From Candidatus Thorarchaeota archaeon (GTDB lineage Archaea; Asgardarchaeota; Thorarchaeia; Thorarchaeales; Thorarchaeaceae), in assembly GCA_003345555.1 (NCBI GenBank), contig PRDJ01000069.1, forward strand, positions 1 to 28,396: a DNA stretch of 28,396 nucleotides. The letters run 5' to 3'. Numbering within the stretch: the stretch's first letter is position 1; each line of letters begins with the position of its first letter. Positions 9,272 through 18,736 of this stretch are shown here, in pieces. The notes below the pieces were generated by a model that did not search any database, was not told where the DNA came from, and was given only the letters and a program-made list of their open reading frames with translations. The translations under genes were made by a program, and so were the position numbers.

Positions 9272-9937
9272 ATGCGTAATCTCATTCTCTCTGTCATAGC
9301 GGCAGTAATGGTTGGCTCACTACTTGCCCCGCCAGTCGCTGCCTCAAACAATCAAGGACTGTATTGGGGATTCTCTGCAGGACAGAGGGTCGACTACGTG
9401 GTTTCTAGTTTGAACATAGCAGACAACTCCACGGAGACTATTGAGAAGCGTTATTATGTCGTGGTCGAGTCACTGCCTGAGATACAGGAGACTATTGTGA
9501 CTCTCCGTGATTTGCCTACCACCCCTAATTGCTCGACCTATTGTGAGAACGGTACTGAAACGGAAGATCCAGCTTACCTGTGGTTAGTGCTGCCAGTAGG
9601 AAACTGGAGCTTGCTCATCAGTCTCTGGTTATCAGAGCAGTCGGTGACAGAGGATAATATCATAGATACATCAACCCTTGCAGGCTTCAACTTTACAGAC
9701 GTTGGCAAGAAATCGATATCCACGTACTTGGAGATTTACCAGAAATCAACAGGTGTTCTCTACAACTATGTGTCCACACTCAACTACACCGGTCCGCCCC
9801 ATCCGCACTATAGCAGCGTAGAGATATCTCTGATTGACAGCAGCAGTTGGCCAATCGTCCCTGTCGCTGTCGGTGGCGCAGCTGTTGCCGGAGCTGTCGT
9901 CGTGGTAGCTATTATTCTGAGGAGAAGACAGCATTAG
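9272..9937 (+). CDS. Secreted/surface protein with signal peptide and C-terminal TM anchor
   Basis: MRNLILSVIAAVMVGSLLAPPVAA signal-like N-terminus after a GGAGG SD; several N-x-S/T sequons; C-terminal hydrophobic helix followed by RRRQH. Confidence 0.8.
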   Translation: MRNLILSVIAAVMVGSLLAPPVAASNNQGLYWGFSAGQRVDYVVSSLNIADNSTETIEKRYYVVVESLPEIQETIVTLRDLPTTPNCSTYCENGTETEDPAYLWLVLPVGNWSLLISLWLSEQSVTEDNIIDTSTLAGFNFTDVGKKSISTYLEIYQKSTGVLYNYVSTLNYTGPPHPHYSSVEISLIDSSSWPIVPVAVGGAAVAGAVVVVAIILRRRQH

Positions 9938-9939
9938 GC

Positions 9940-9960
9940 CGCGTTCCTAAGGGGGACGCG
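9940..9960 (+). terminator. GC-rich hairpin just after the surface protein stop
   Basis: CGCGTTCC-taagg-GGGACGCG, 8-bp stem with one G:U pair; no strong U-tract. Confidence 0.35.
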
Positions 9961-10254
9961 CTTCCAAGGATTCCTAGCTTTCCAGTAATATCGAGACTCG
10001 CGTTTTTGCGATGAAAGGACTCCTCTCCGGATTCCTTGCGGTAGCGCTCCCGAGTAGGCAGTGCCGAGCCCAGCAGGCAATCCAACCCCTTGGGGCAATC
10101 TTGATTTGAATGATACAGAAGAGAGCGGAACCTCTTTCAATCCTCAGCAAGACTACGTCTGCTTCCGTTGCCTGTGGGGTAAACCGTCGGTCCAAAGAGC
10201 CTATCTGCCTATGCTAATCGATGATATGAACCGACGAAAGGGGCATAGAGCACG

Positions 10255-10261
10255 TATTTAA
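10255..10261 (+). promoter_or_regulatory. Probable TATA box for ywbE
   Basis: TATTTAA ending 27 nt before ATG 10288; no SD in between, so the transcript may be leaderless. Confidence 0.4.
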
Positions 10262-10287
10262 CACCATCATGATTCGCGTCGTTCACT

Positions 10288-10524
10288 ATGAACACCGAAA
10301 CCGATGGTGCTGGAACACGTCGCGAGAACATCCGCCCGGGTCTGGTGGTCGATGTGATTCTCAAGAAGGACCAGTCCACAGGCAAGTTGACCCGGGGTGT
10401 AGTCAGGGATATTCTTACCAGCTCCCCCGTTCATCCTCGTGGCATAAAGGTCCGTCTCAAGAACGGGCAGGTCGGTAGAGTAAAAGCCATTGTCAAGGGG
10501 CAGTCCGGGAAGTCGGGAACGTGA
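10288..10524 (+). CDS. ywbE: YwbE family protein (DUF2196)
   Basis: RENIRPGLVVDVILKKDQSTGKLTRGVVRDILTSSPVHPRGIKVRLKNGQVGRV matches the YwbE consensus as I recall it. Confidence 0.9.
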   Translation: MNTETDGAGTRRENIRPGLVVDVILKKDQSTGKLTRGVVRDILTSSPVHPRGIKVRLKNGQVGRVKAIVKGQSGKSGT

Positions 10525-10563
10525 GGTCTTCTCTGGTCCCTCCGGTGAGGTCGTGAGAGTGCT

Positions 10564-11328
10564 ATGCCCGGACGAAGTACGAATCATGGCTTTGGGCGTC
10601 GACGACGAGGCTATGCCGTAGCTGCGCTGGTGGGGTTAGATAGCCATCGCGCGGCCCTTTGGATCGTCTACAGTGAATCAATCAAACAACACGGCTCAAT
10701 CGAACGCCCGGTGGATTCCGATAGCAGCAAGCAGGCTGTCCTCTACAACTTCTACAATGCCATCATTGCCAAGGTGAAACAGATTCTTTCGACTGGTCTC
10801 GCCAGCCTTGTGGTAGCCAGCACAGGGGTCGACGCCGGGCTTGCCGAGAGTCTCATCGCCCACATACGCAAGCATCACGGATACCTCCTGCAATCTATTC
10901 GCATGGCAAGTATTACCGGCAATGCGATGACAGTCAACGCCGCAGGAGCACTAGTCAAGACGGACGCCTTCCAGTCGGTCGCCAACGATGTCACCGATCA
11001 GGAATCGGATGCCCTCGTTCGAATGCTTGATGCTAGGCTCTCTGATAGTACCGGACAGGTGACCGTCCTCTTCTCGCTTGAAGAGATTGACCGATATTTC
11101 AGGAATCTCTCCAAGGCCGGCGAAGCCGCTGTCGAATATCCGGAATCCGTGCTCATGACCGACGCATTCTGGGCTGCACGAAAGAATGATGCTCGCCTCC
11201 AACGGGTGATGGATGTTGCCAGGAACGCATCAGTGAAGATCCGTGTCCTGCGCAGTGATGGAAAGGCCGGGACACGCGTCGCCCAGCTTGGCGGCCTTGT
11301 CTGTTTCACGAAACGGAGAGTTCGGTAG
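10564..11328 (+). CDS. Pelota/aRF1-like protein containing only the middle and C-terminal domains
   Basis: beta-beta-beta-helix start (VAALVGL...ALWIV...LYNFYNAII...LVVAS) resembles eRF1_2; C-terminal VLMTD...KIRVLRSDGKAGTRVAQLGGLVCF resembles the Pelota/eRF1_3 end. No GGQ, NIKS or PGF motif. Confidence 0.68.
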   Translation: MPGRSTNHGFGRRRRGYAVAALVGLDSHRAALWIVYSESIKQHGSIERPVDSDSSKQAVLYNFYNAIIAKVKQILSTGLASLVVASTGVDAGLAESLIAHIRKHHGYLLQSIRMASITGNAMTVNAAGALVKTDAFQSVANDVTDQESDALVRMLDARLSDSTGQVTVLFSLEEIDRYFRNLSKAGEAAVEYPESVLMTDAFWAARKNDARLQRVMDVARNASVKIRVLRSDGKAGTRVAQLGGLVCFTKRRVR

Positions 11329-11466
11329 TTCAAAGGGCCGTCTCTTCCGGTACAGTAGATACATCACCAGACATTCGCAGAACAGACTAACACTTGGTCT
11401 ATCGTGTCACCTGTCGAGTACTTTTTAGGACTGGAATACTTTCAGCAGCGTTGGCTGTGCATAAGC

Positions 11467-12300
11467 ATGGGTCTTCGGGTTTCGGAACTTAGGCGCGATT
11501 TCGTCGGAAATCACCGCGAAGTCACGACGTCAGATGGCATTACTCTGTTCCTTAGAGCTTGGGAGCCTTCACCGGAAGATGCTGGGAATACCGCTATCCT
11601 GATTTTTCACGGGATTACTGCTCATAGCGGACCCTACGAATTCATCGGAGTACCCCTTTCTAAGGCAGGCTTCCCAACGTTCGGTCTGGATCTCCGCGGC
11701 CATGGACTGTCCGATGGAAATAGAGGTGATTGTCCGAGCAAGAAGCGATTCGCTCTGGACCTCTGTGAAGCTCTGTCATTCTTGAAGGAAACATATCCGC
11801 GAGTCGTCACCTTAGGTCATAGCCTTGGAGTATTGTCATCGTGGATAGTGATGGACATGTGTCCAGAGAAGATTGATGGAGCCGTCCTCCTGTCGGGGGC
11901 TCGCACCATCAGACCCGGATTCATGCCCAAATTGAGTTCCTCAACAAAGCTAAAGATCGCGCTCAGTTCGATCATCTCTCCGGGCAGGCCCGTCATTAAG
12001 TATCGTCGCGAAGGAATGACGGGGCTCGATGACCCGCTCTTTACATTCAACTACACCTTGCGCTTCATCAGATTGGTGAACTTGGCCGGGATCAGATTCA
12101 GCCATAGTCTCGACATCCCAGTGTTCGTCGGTGTTGGAGATCAGGACGAGTTGTTCTCAGTAGAGTCGGTCAGAGAACTGTACAATGAGATTCCTTCCAA
12201 GGACAAGCAGTTTTATGTACAACCCGGGGCGAAGCATGCCGTGTTTCCCAAAGGCAGCTGGACACCGATGATAGACTGGCTGAAGGAACGCTTCGTTTGA
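11467..12300 (+). CDS. Alpha/beta hydrolase, lysophospholipase/monoglyceride lipase-like (Hydrolase_4)
   Basis: FHGITAHSG, DLRGHGLS, GHSLG nucleophile elbow, GDQDE, AKHA; ATG 11467 preferred over 11404. Confidence 0.9.
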   Translation: MGLRVSELRRDFVGNHREVTTSDGITLFLRAWEPSPEDAGNTAILIFHGITAHSGPYEFIGVPLSKAGFPTFGLDLRGHGLSDGNRGDCPSKKRFALDLCEALSFLKETYPRVVTLGHSLGVLSSWIVMDMCPEKIDGAVLLSGARTIRPGFMPKLSSSTKLKIALSSIISPGRPVIKYRREGMTGLDDPLFTFNYTLRFIRLVNLAGIRFSHSLDIPVFVGVGDQDELFSVESVRELYNEIPSKDKQFYVQPGAKHAVFPKGSWTPMIDWLKERFV

Positions 12301-12318
12301 GACCGCCTTGGGCTCTTG

Positions 12319-13071
12319 GTGACGGAATTGGAGTCTAGAACCCCTGACGAACTTGATCTATTGGCCAATCAGAGAAGCATTTTGCGCGTTATGCGCAGAA
12401 GCCATCGCTTCCTAATGGCTTACGTATTCTCCCCAGTGTTCGCGATTTACATCCCCATGATATGGGTCATCTTGCTCGTTGCCATGATGGGTCTTCCCCC
12501 CGGGGGCCTCTCAATCGCCATGATTATCATTATCATCCCCGTTGTCATTGCCCCGCTCATATACAAATTTACAAAAGAGAAATTCGGAACTCTTCGGCAA
12601 GCTGGGGCAGCTCTCAAAGAGATTGAAGATTCACTCGGTGAAAAGGACATAGCAACGGGTTTGGCCTCGTATATCTTTCTCATCTTTGATGTGCTCCGAC
12701 CTGCTGATGGTCGAGACGCCACGCCGTCAGAGAATGAAGTTGAGAAACTCCGTAGGCATCTAGCAAATCTGACAAAGACGGTCATTGTTGAAGTAATATC
12801 TCAGGGCGTACTGTATGCATTTCTCATCATCGGCTTTTTGATTCCTGAATTGGTATCTGCCATACAAGGAGGACGCCCTCTTCTTGTTCCACTAAGCGCT
12901 CTTACTATCATACTAGTCATTCTGGCAGCTCGTTGGTTCACCTTCTTCTATTGGCGGCTTTTGGTTAGACGATGGCTTCGCTTCTATCAAGGCTTCATTG
13001 CCTGGGGGCAAGAACTAGAACGGAAACTCTCCAATCCAACCAATAACCATGACGGGAGGCCGCCCTCATGA
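12319..13071 (+). CDS. Hypothetical membrane protein (about 4-5 TM)
   Basis: Two hydrophobic hairpins separated by a soluble linker. GTG 12319 chosen because the decayed copy at 24.5 kb has ATG at the homologous position. Confidence 0.75.
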   Translation: MTELESRTPDELDLLANQRSILRVMRRSHRFLMAYVFSPVFAIYIPMIWVILLVAMMGLPPGGLSIAMIIIIIPVVIAPLIYKFTKEKFGTLRQAGAALKEIEDSLGEKDIATGLASYIFLIFDVLRPADGRDATPSENEVEKLRRHLANLTKTVIVEVISQGVLYAFLIIGFLIPELVSAIQGGRPLLVPLSALTIILVILAARWFTFFYWRLLVRRWLRFYQGFIAWGQELERKLSNPTNNHDGRPPS

Positions 13072-13412
13072 TCCCGCCAACCATTCATCTTCGCGAGTGG
13101 ACCGCAAGTTCACGGAGAACGAAGTATGAGCGGTGGGTGGAGCTCCTCGAAGCCTGTGTATGGGGGCCACGAACTCAGAGCTGGCTAATGAGACACTCAG
13201 GACTAAAGACCCAGATGATCAAGGAGGACCTGCAATTCCTCCTCGGTGCTGGTCTGCTTGTACAAGTTGACGAGCCGGAGGCTGGCGTCTATGTGTTCAA
13301 GACTACTGAGAAGGGTCGGGAGGCTCTTGCCCAGTTCTACAGACTTGTGACTCAGTTCTTCAGAGAGAAGCATGATTCAAAACATGCAGTTCTGTTCCTC
13401 ATCATGAGTTAG
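13068..13412 (+). CDS. Archaeal winged-helix transcriptional regulator (COG3432/HTH_45-like)
   Basis: RRTKYERWVELLEAC...LQFLLGAGLL...FKTTEKGREAL; ATGA overlap with the upstream membrane gene. Confidence 0.82.
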   Translation: MIPPTIHLREWTASSRRTKYERWVELLEACVWGPRTQSWLMRHSGLKTQMIKEDLQFLLGAGLLVQVDEPEAGVYVFKTTEKGREALAQFYRLVTQFFREKHDSKHAVLFLIMS

Positions 13413-13450
13413 GAAGCAGACAGTAGCTATGGACCTTTTTCCCACAGTCC

Positions 13451-13458
13451 ATTATATA
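13451..13458 (+). promoter_or_regulatory. TATA box upstream of ABC system 1
   Basis: ATTATATA ending 33 nt before ATG 13491. Confidence 0.5.
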
Positions 13459-13490
13459 GTAAATCCTCGAGGCTTTTCACGTGAATAATC

Positions 13491-14261
13491 ATGAAGACTG
13501 AGAATCTCTCAATCATTACCGAGGGACTAACAAAGTCCTTCGGCTCAGTGAAGGCTGTGAGTGGCCTGAACCTTCGTGTTCCAGTCGGGACACGCTTTGC
13601 GCTTCTTGGACCGAACGGAGCAGGCAAGACCACGACAGTACGCATGCTCGCTGGTCTGATGAAGCCAACAAGAGGGAGCGCATCTGTCTGCGGATATGAC
13701 ATCATCTCTCAAAGGGACGAAATAAAAGCAGTAGCGGGTCTCCTGCCAGAAACCCCCGGACTCTACTCAAAACTCTCTGCTGCTGAATTCCTTGAGTTCG
13801 TTGGAGCACTCCATCATCTCCATGGGGATGTTCTCCATAGGCGAATCGATGCTCTGCTCTCAATTCTGGGACTTGAAGGCAGACAAGACAACTTGCTGGA
13901 ATCATACTCTTCAGGGATGAAGCAAAAGGTCCTCATCGCTTCAACACTGCTGCACGAGCCCAGAGTCGTGTTTCTGGATGAACCGACCTCAAAACTTGAT
14001 CCCTCCGCTAGTGTGCTGGTGAAAGACTTGATCCTTGCACTCGCAGAAGAGACCGATACCACCTTTTTCATCTGCACTCACATTACGAGCTTTGCACAGG
14101 ATGTGTGCGATGCCATAGGTATCCTCAATGAGGGCGAGCTTGTGACTGTAGGAACACCAGATGCAGTCGTTGAAGCAGCTCACGTACGGAGTCTCGAGGA
14201 AGCCTACTTGAAGATAGTCGGCGGGAAGATAGATCGCGAAGCACTGTTGGCATGGAGGTGA
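13491..14261 (+). CDS. ABC-2 type exporter ATP-binding subunit
   Basis: Walker A GPNGAGKTT, signature YSSGMKQK, Walker B VFLDEPT, H-loop CTH. Confidence 0.95.
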   Translation: MKTENLSIITEGLTKSFGSVKAVSGLNLRVPVGTRFALLGPNGAGKTTTVRMLAGLMKPTRGSASVCGYDIISQRDEIKAVAGLLPETPGLYSKLSAAEFLEFVGALHHLHGDVLHRRIDALLSILGLEGRQDNLLESYSSGMKQKVLIASTLLHEPRVVFLDEPTSKLDPSASVLVKDLILALAEETDTTFFICTHITSFAQDVCDAIGILNEGELVTVGTPDAVVEAAHVRSLEEAYLKIVGGKIDREALLAWR

Positions 14262-15907
14262 CCGCGTTGGATGGAAACTGGTTTCATATTGCAAGGGCCG
14301 AATTCCAAGTCCAGACAAGCGGCATCAGGACGCATAGGAGGATAGTTGTATCGGGTTCCATTGTTCTGGGAATCATATGGGCCCTCTTGATTGCTCCAAC
14401 TCTGATAGGTTACGTTCTCACAGAAGTCCTTGAGATTCCTCGATTGGCCGTTGCCATGGTAATGCCTGGCCTGATGCGGGCCGGAATCATGTTCATCTGG
14501 CTAATCCTCCTGATTCCATCCCTGTCAAACGCCTTGCAGGAAGTGAAGGTGGGACAATGGGAGATTCTGCTCAGTAACCGAGTCAAGACCCGTGAGATAC
14601 TGGTTGGCACATTCGTAGGCAGGCTGGCTATCTACGGGCTTTGTGTGCTCTATCTAGCTCCTCTCTTGGTTGCACCCTTCGCCCATGCGTTGGCGGTATC
14701 ATCCGTTGGACTGGCCTTGATGTACTTCACAGTCTTTGTGGTCACTGTGAGCACCATATGGTTGTCCAATCTTGTAGGCACAGCAATTCAGTCAAAGCTG
14801 GGAGCATCATCTCGGGGAAAGGACCTTGCCAAGGCGCTAGCGCTTGTTCTGAGTCCTGTGGCAGTCTTTCCTCTTTTGGGACTACAGCTCTTTGCTCCCA
14901 TGATGTCCGAGATTCTGGGCTTGGATGTCTTCTTGCTGTTCCCGTTCACTTGGGGTGCAGATTTGGTGACACAGATTGCAGTAATATTCAACGGGATTGG
15001 TCCATCCATGGAAGGTCTGGTCGCGGTTTTGGGTCTTGGCCCATCTTTGAGTCTTCTGCTTCTGGGAGGCTTCAGCATTTTTGTTGTCCTCCTAGGACTC
15101 TATTCTGCCGACCGTTTCTTCATAATCGGTGAAGGCGCAAGAACTGAGTCTGTGACGACCATACACAGGGAGAACATTGTCCTACGCGGTGTCCGCCGGA
15201 TCTCAAGTGGATCGTTTGGCGTTCTTATTGTGACCGGGCTCAAGGACTTTGGTCGAAAGGCAGAGAATCTAGCCCGCCTAGCCCTACTGATGGCCCTTGC
15301 CTTGCTGCTCCCTTTCTTCGTCTTCATCAGAGCAGGGGAATTCGAGTTGACCTCAGTCGCCATAATGATGTCGCTAATGCTCGGCTTCTTGGGTGTCCAA
15401 GTCTTCGGTGGTGTTGGGTTTCTCGAGTCAAAGGATCAGCTGTGGACAATTCAGGCCACCCCACACGGTGTCCAGAGATATGTGAAAGCAAAGGCCATTC
15501 AATGCATACTTCTCATCGTTCCAGTTGTCCTCCTTCCAAGTGTCCTCTATGCAGTGGTGCTAAGACTCAATCTGAGTCGAATCCTATTCCTACTGTCAAC
15601 ATCTTTCATTAGTTGTCTAGGTGGTGCGTTCGTTGGAATAGGAATTGCAGCAGGCAATCCGACGTATGAAGACACCAAGAGTGGAGCGTACATAACCAAC
15701 ATCGTGGAGGGAATGGGACTGGTTGTCGTATCCTCCATGTCGTATCTGATTGCCGGTATTGCTCTCTCGATGCTTGGGTTCAATGACTTGATGAACTACA
15801 TACGGACATCAGAAAGTCTTTACATCTTGGCTCAGGTCATGCCTCTTCCGATCATTGGTCTGCTAGTGATTCTAATTGGACAACACCGATTATCAAATCT
15901 GGAATGA
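14252..15907 (+). CDS. ABC exporter permease, about 12 TM (two fused ABC-2-like halves)
   Basis: Overlaps the ATPase stop; two repeats of amphipathic helix plus TM bundle (FHIARAEF... and LIVTGLKDFGRK...). Confidence 0.82.
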   Translation: MEVTALDGNWFHIARAEFQVQTSGIRTHRRIVVSGSIVLGIIWALLIAPTLIGYVLTEVLEIPRLAVAMVMPGLMRAGIMFIWLILLIPSLSNALQEVKVGQWEILLSNRVKTREILVGTFVGRLAIYGLCVLYLAPLLVAPFAHALAVSSVGLALMYFTVFVVTVSTIWLSNLVGTAIQSKLGASSRGKDLAKALALVLSPVAVFPLLGLQLFAPMMSEILGLDVFLLFPFTWGADLVTQIAVIFNGIGPSMEGLVAVLGLGPSLSLLLLGGFSIFVVLLGLYSADRFFIIGEGARTESVTTIHRENIVLRGVRRISSGSFGVLIVTGLKDFGRKAENLARLALLMALALLLPFFVFIRAGEFELTSVAIMMSLMLGFLGVQVFGGVGFLESKDQLWTIQATPHGVQRYVKAKAIQCILLIVPVVLLPSVLYAVVLRLNLSRILFLLSTSFISCLGGAFVGIGIAAGNPTYEDTKSGAYITNIVEGMGLVVVSSMSYLIAGIALSMLGFNDLMNYIRTSESLYILAQVMPLPIIGLLVILIGQHRLSNLE

Positions 15908-15965
15908 TCCTTGAATGGACGTCTGCAGAGACCACAACTTCGCATGAACTACAGGTGGAGTCTAG

Positions 15966-16874
15966 CTAAGCCCTGCCGGTCACTCCCTTAACCGCGTGCC
16001 TAATCAACCCAAAGACCGAGTTCAGAGTTATGCCGTCAGGGTCTCGCCGAACAGGATAGCCAGCGATGCCTAGACCTGCCACCTTAGGATGTCGGAACAT
16101 CCTCTCAAGAGCTGGGCCGAGCTGTGCGACGGTAGGTCCTCCCTCTGCCGGCAATCCATGTCCCGGGATTTCCTTAGGGTCAAGCACATCGATGTCAGCA
16201 TGGATATAGATGGTGTCTGTGATCTTACCGAGGCGGTCGATTTGCTGATCGATAACGGGCCTCAGTTTCCGAATATCCTCCACCGTAATATGCTCTATGT
16301 CGCTCCTGTCGATGATCTCTTGCTCAAGAGGATCTATGTCCCGAACTCCGACCATTGTGATGTATCTAGTGGGGAGCGCGACCTTCAGTCCGCACTTCAC
16401 CCTCAGTCGTTCCAAGCAAAGCCCTGCTGCAATAGCCACAGGCATCCCTGCAAGGAGTCCACTCAGGGTGGTGTCTGGTGTATTGATATCGCCATGAGCA
16501 TCCATCCATATGAGACCAACCCTGAGCGGTCTCGCACTCGGCCCTGATTTCTGGAATCCCGCCAGCATTCCCATCAGACCATTGCAGTTTGGAAGTAGCC
16601 CGATTGTGAACATCCCCTGCCGTACTTGGTCGGCCACGATGTCTGCTAGATGGCGAGAAGCGAGCCCCAGCCGATTCCACGCACCATATTGATTCGCTTC
16701 TTCGGCAGTCAACTCAGCAGTCCTTGACTCTGCAATAACGCATCCACCAGTTTCAAGAATCTTCTTGAGTCCACCTTTCTCGATTGCATCAGGTGCCGAG
16801 TTCAGCCCTTCAAGGATCTCATCACCGCTCTGAGCAAGCTTGGCAATTCCAATTCGAAGAGGCGCATTGACCAA
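15966..16874 (-). CDS. Arginase/ureohydrolase family protein with atypical metal-site residues
   Basis: WMDAHGDINTP, GMPVA, VGVRDID, HADIDVLDP motifs; GGDH replaced by LPNC and GNLHG by GLLAG. Confidence 0.85.
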   Translation of the reverse strand: MVNAPLRIGIAKLAQSGDEILEGLNSAPDAIEKGGLKKILETGGCVIAESRTAELTAEEANQYGAWNRLGLASRHLADIVADQVRQGMFTIGLLPNCNGLMGMLAGFQKSGPSARPLRVGLIWMDAHGDINTPDTTLSGLLAGMPVAIAAGLCLERLRVKCGLKVALPTRYITMVGVRDIDPLEQEIIDRSDIEHITVEDIRKLRPVIDQQIDRLGKITDTIYIHADIDVLDPKEIPGHGLPAEGGPTVAQLGPALERMFRHPKVAGLGIAGYPVRRDPDGITLNSVFGLIRHAVKGVTGRA

Positions 16875-17423
16875 CAGATCTCACCTAGAGCCCTTTGCAC
16901 ATTCTAACAAACCTCTCGGCCTTTAGAATCTCCGTTTAAGCGCAACAGCTGTGAGATGGCGAGACAAGTCGGGGATCTTGCCCTGAACCTATGAGTGCAA
17001 AATGCAGTCTAGACGGTCTTCCCGGAACATGTGTGGGCACAGAAGGCATAGCAAGACTGCAAGAACGGTCATCTCTGGAACGGCGAGGTCTGCATAGCCT
17101 CTTCAATTAGACATCAAGAGGCTCCTCTGTGTGCATGTGTCAGGCAGGAAAGTGTCAAGCAGATTATCTTAGAACCGGGTGACAAGGCCGCTTGGGCCTC
17201 TGTCAGCCCTGTAAATGAGCCGCTCGTAGCTGGCATTCGTATCGTGACTGTGCCCGTCACAGGAACCGCGCTGTCAGCAAGCCGCCACAGGTACGGAATC
17301 ATCGTGCTGCCCTGAACCGTCCAGCCTGCAACCATGAAACCCTCTGACCCACATGACACCACACTGAAAGCTCTGTCTGCAAGGCAAGAAGTCAGGTCCG
17401 AGCAGTTCTTGGCCCAAGACAAT

Positions 17424-17781
17424 CTACCAGTCTATCGTCACTCCACAGAACGGACAACTCATGTTCTTGAGCTTGAGAGCCGATAGTTCCATCGAACGGA
17501 GACATAGGTCACCGACGGAAGGCCAGCAAGCACAATTGGATCGAGCAGAATATTGAGTTGGACGTCAATACGGAATGGATAGTCGCGATTGCCAGAACCC
17601 AGACCATGATGCCAATGGCTCCAGCCGCAATCGAAATGAAGAGATCTTCCTGGTATCCAATCAGGAAGAGAACTACTATGCAGTACTCGACGTACGCACC
17701 GGCAGCAGGGCATGATGACGAATCAAGAACAATGTAGATTGCGTCCGCTAGGATCGTGAGTACAACAAGAACGTGTTCATG
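17424..17781 (-). pseudogene. Probable decayed membrane + zinc-ribbon gene
   Basis: A start-less 90-codon hydrophobic frame (17781-17509: HVLVVLTILADAIYIVL...LFISIAAGAIGIMVWVLAIATI) and, in another frame, ...SMELSALKLKNMSCPFCGVTIDW* ending at 17424. Confidence 0.3.
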
Positions 17782-17817
17782 TCACGGATGAGTCTGCAAT
17801 GCAAACCACGATATGGC

Positions 17818-17852
17818 TCAAAGATTGTCCACTTCTTATATTCATTCTATGC
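17818..17852 (+). repeat. Duplicated promoter block, copy A (upstream of DUF998)
   Basis: TCAAAGATTGTCCACTTCTTATATTCATTCTATGC, 33/35 identical to 18737-18771; contains a TTATAT TATA box. Confidence 0.9.
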
Positions 17853-17874
17853 GAGTTCGTAATCGTGATTCACG

Positions 17875-18513
17875 ATGTTACAACCCGGTATCACAGTAGC
17901 TAATCTGACGAAAAGCTTCGAGTCAAAGGGATTCGATAGGACAACGCTAGGCGGCACTCTTCTCTATGTGGGTGGTATTCAATGGCTGCTAGGCATTCTT
18001 CTTGCCGAGTCATGGAATCCAGGCTATGATAGCAGGATAGATTATGTGAGTGATCTTGGAGTTGGACCTACGGCGCTCATTTACAACGTGTCCGTTTTTC
18101 TGTTAGGACTCTGCATGTTTCTGGGTGTTGTCCTTATGATGGAATCCATTAAGAGCAGAGTTCATGCAGGTCTTCTTACCATTTCAGCGATTGGAGCGAT
18201 AGGAGTGGGGATATTTCCCTATACCATGCAACCATGGCACAGTATCTTCACTCTAATCGCTATCCTGTTTGGGGCTCTTGCAGCAATATCCTCCTATCAG
18301 ATACAAAGGGCACCCATATCCCATGTTTCGGTGGTTCTAGGACTGCTTTCATTGACCGCATCAATCGTCTTCCTTCCGTACCTAGGGCTTGAAGTTGGTT
18401 CAACTGAAACATTTCTTGGAATGGCAAAAGGTTCAATGGAACGATGGGCAATCTATCCGATTCTTGCATGGCTAATCGGCCATGGAAGTTACATTGCTCG
18501 AGCTCGGGCCTGA
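17875..18513 (+). CDS. DUF998 family membrane protein
   Basis: AESWNPGY...YVSDLG, GAIGVGIFP...WHSIF, GSMERWAIYP pattern; about 6 TM. Confidence 0.85.
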   Translation: MLQPGITVANLTKSFESKGFDRTTLGGTLLYVGGIQWLLGILLAESWNPGYDSRIDYVSDLGVGPTALIYNVSVFLLGLCMFLGVVLMMESIKSRVHAGLLTISAIGAIGVGIFPYTMQPWHSIFTLIAILFGALAAISSYQIQRAPISHVSVVLGLLSLTASIVFLPYLGLEVGSTETFLGMAKGSMERWAIYPILAWLIGHGSYIARARA

Positions 18514-18569
18514 AGGACCCATCTGAGCTCGGTATTGACAACATGCGAACGCAGAAACATACGATAGGA

Positions 18570-18600
18570 ATGGAGCTAAGCTCCATCCTCTTTTTCTTTC
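18570..18600 (+). terminator. Hairpin plus pyrimidine tract after DUF998
   Basis: ATGGAGCT-A-AGCTCCAT (18570-18586) followed by CCTCTTTTTCTTTC. Confidence 0.6.
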
Positions 18601-18736
18601 ATTTCAACCAGACACGTGAGTGAGTGGTCTCACGTTTCACTTTCTCGGGTTTGAGCGAAATCGATGAGGGTAATCGCACCCCTAGGCACTCATCAAGACT
18701 AGACAGTCAAGTTTGCCACACAGACTTCCATGCTGT

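Noticed and set aside
9938-10254. GC-rich 320-bp intergenic stretch as a possible SRP RNA, RNase P RNA or small ORF
   Set aside because: No SRP helix-8 or RNase P consensus recognisable and the short ORFs lack motifs; a covariance-model search would be needed.
10522-10563. ywbE and the Pelota-like ORF are in the same frame, separated by two in-frame TGA codons (both in a TGAGGT context), suggesting readthrough or selenocysteine fusion
   Set aside because: Two readthrough events would be needed, no SECIS-like hairpin is evident, and GTGAGGT is simply an SD-like sequence for the downstream ATG.
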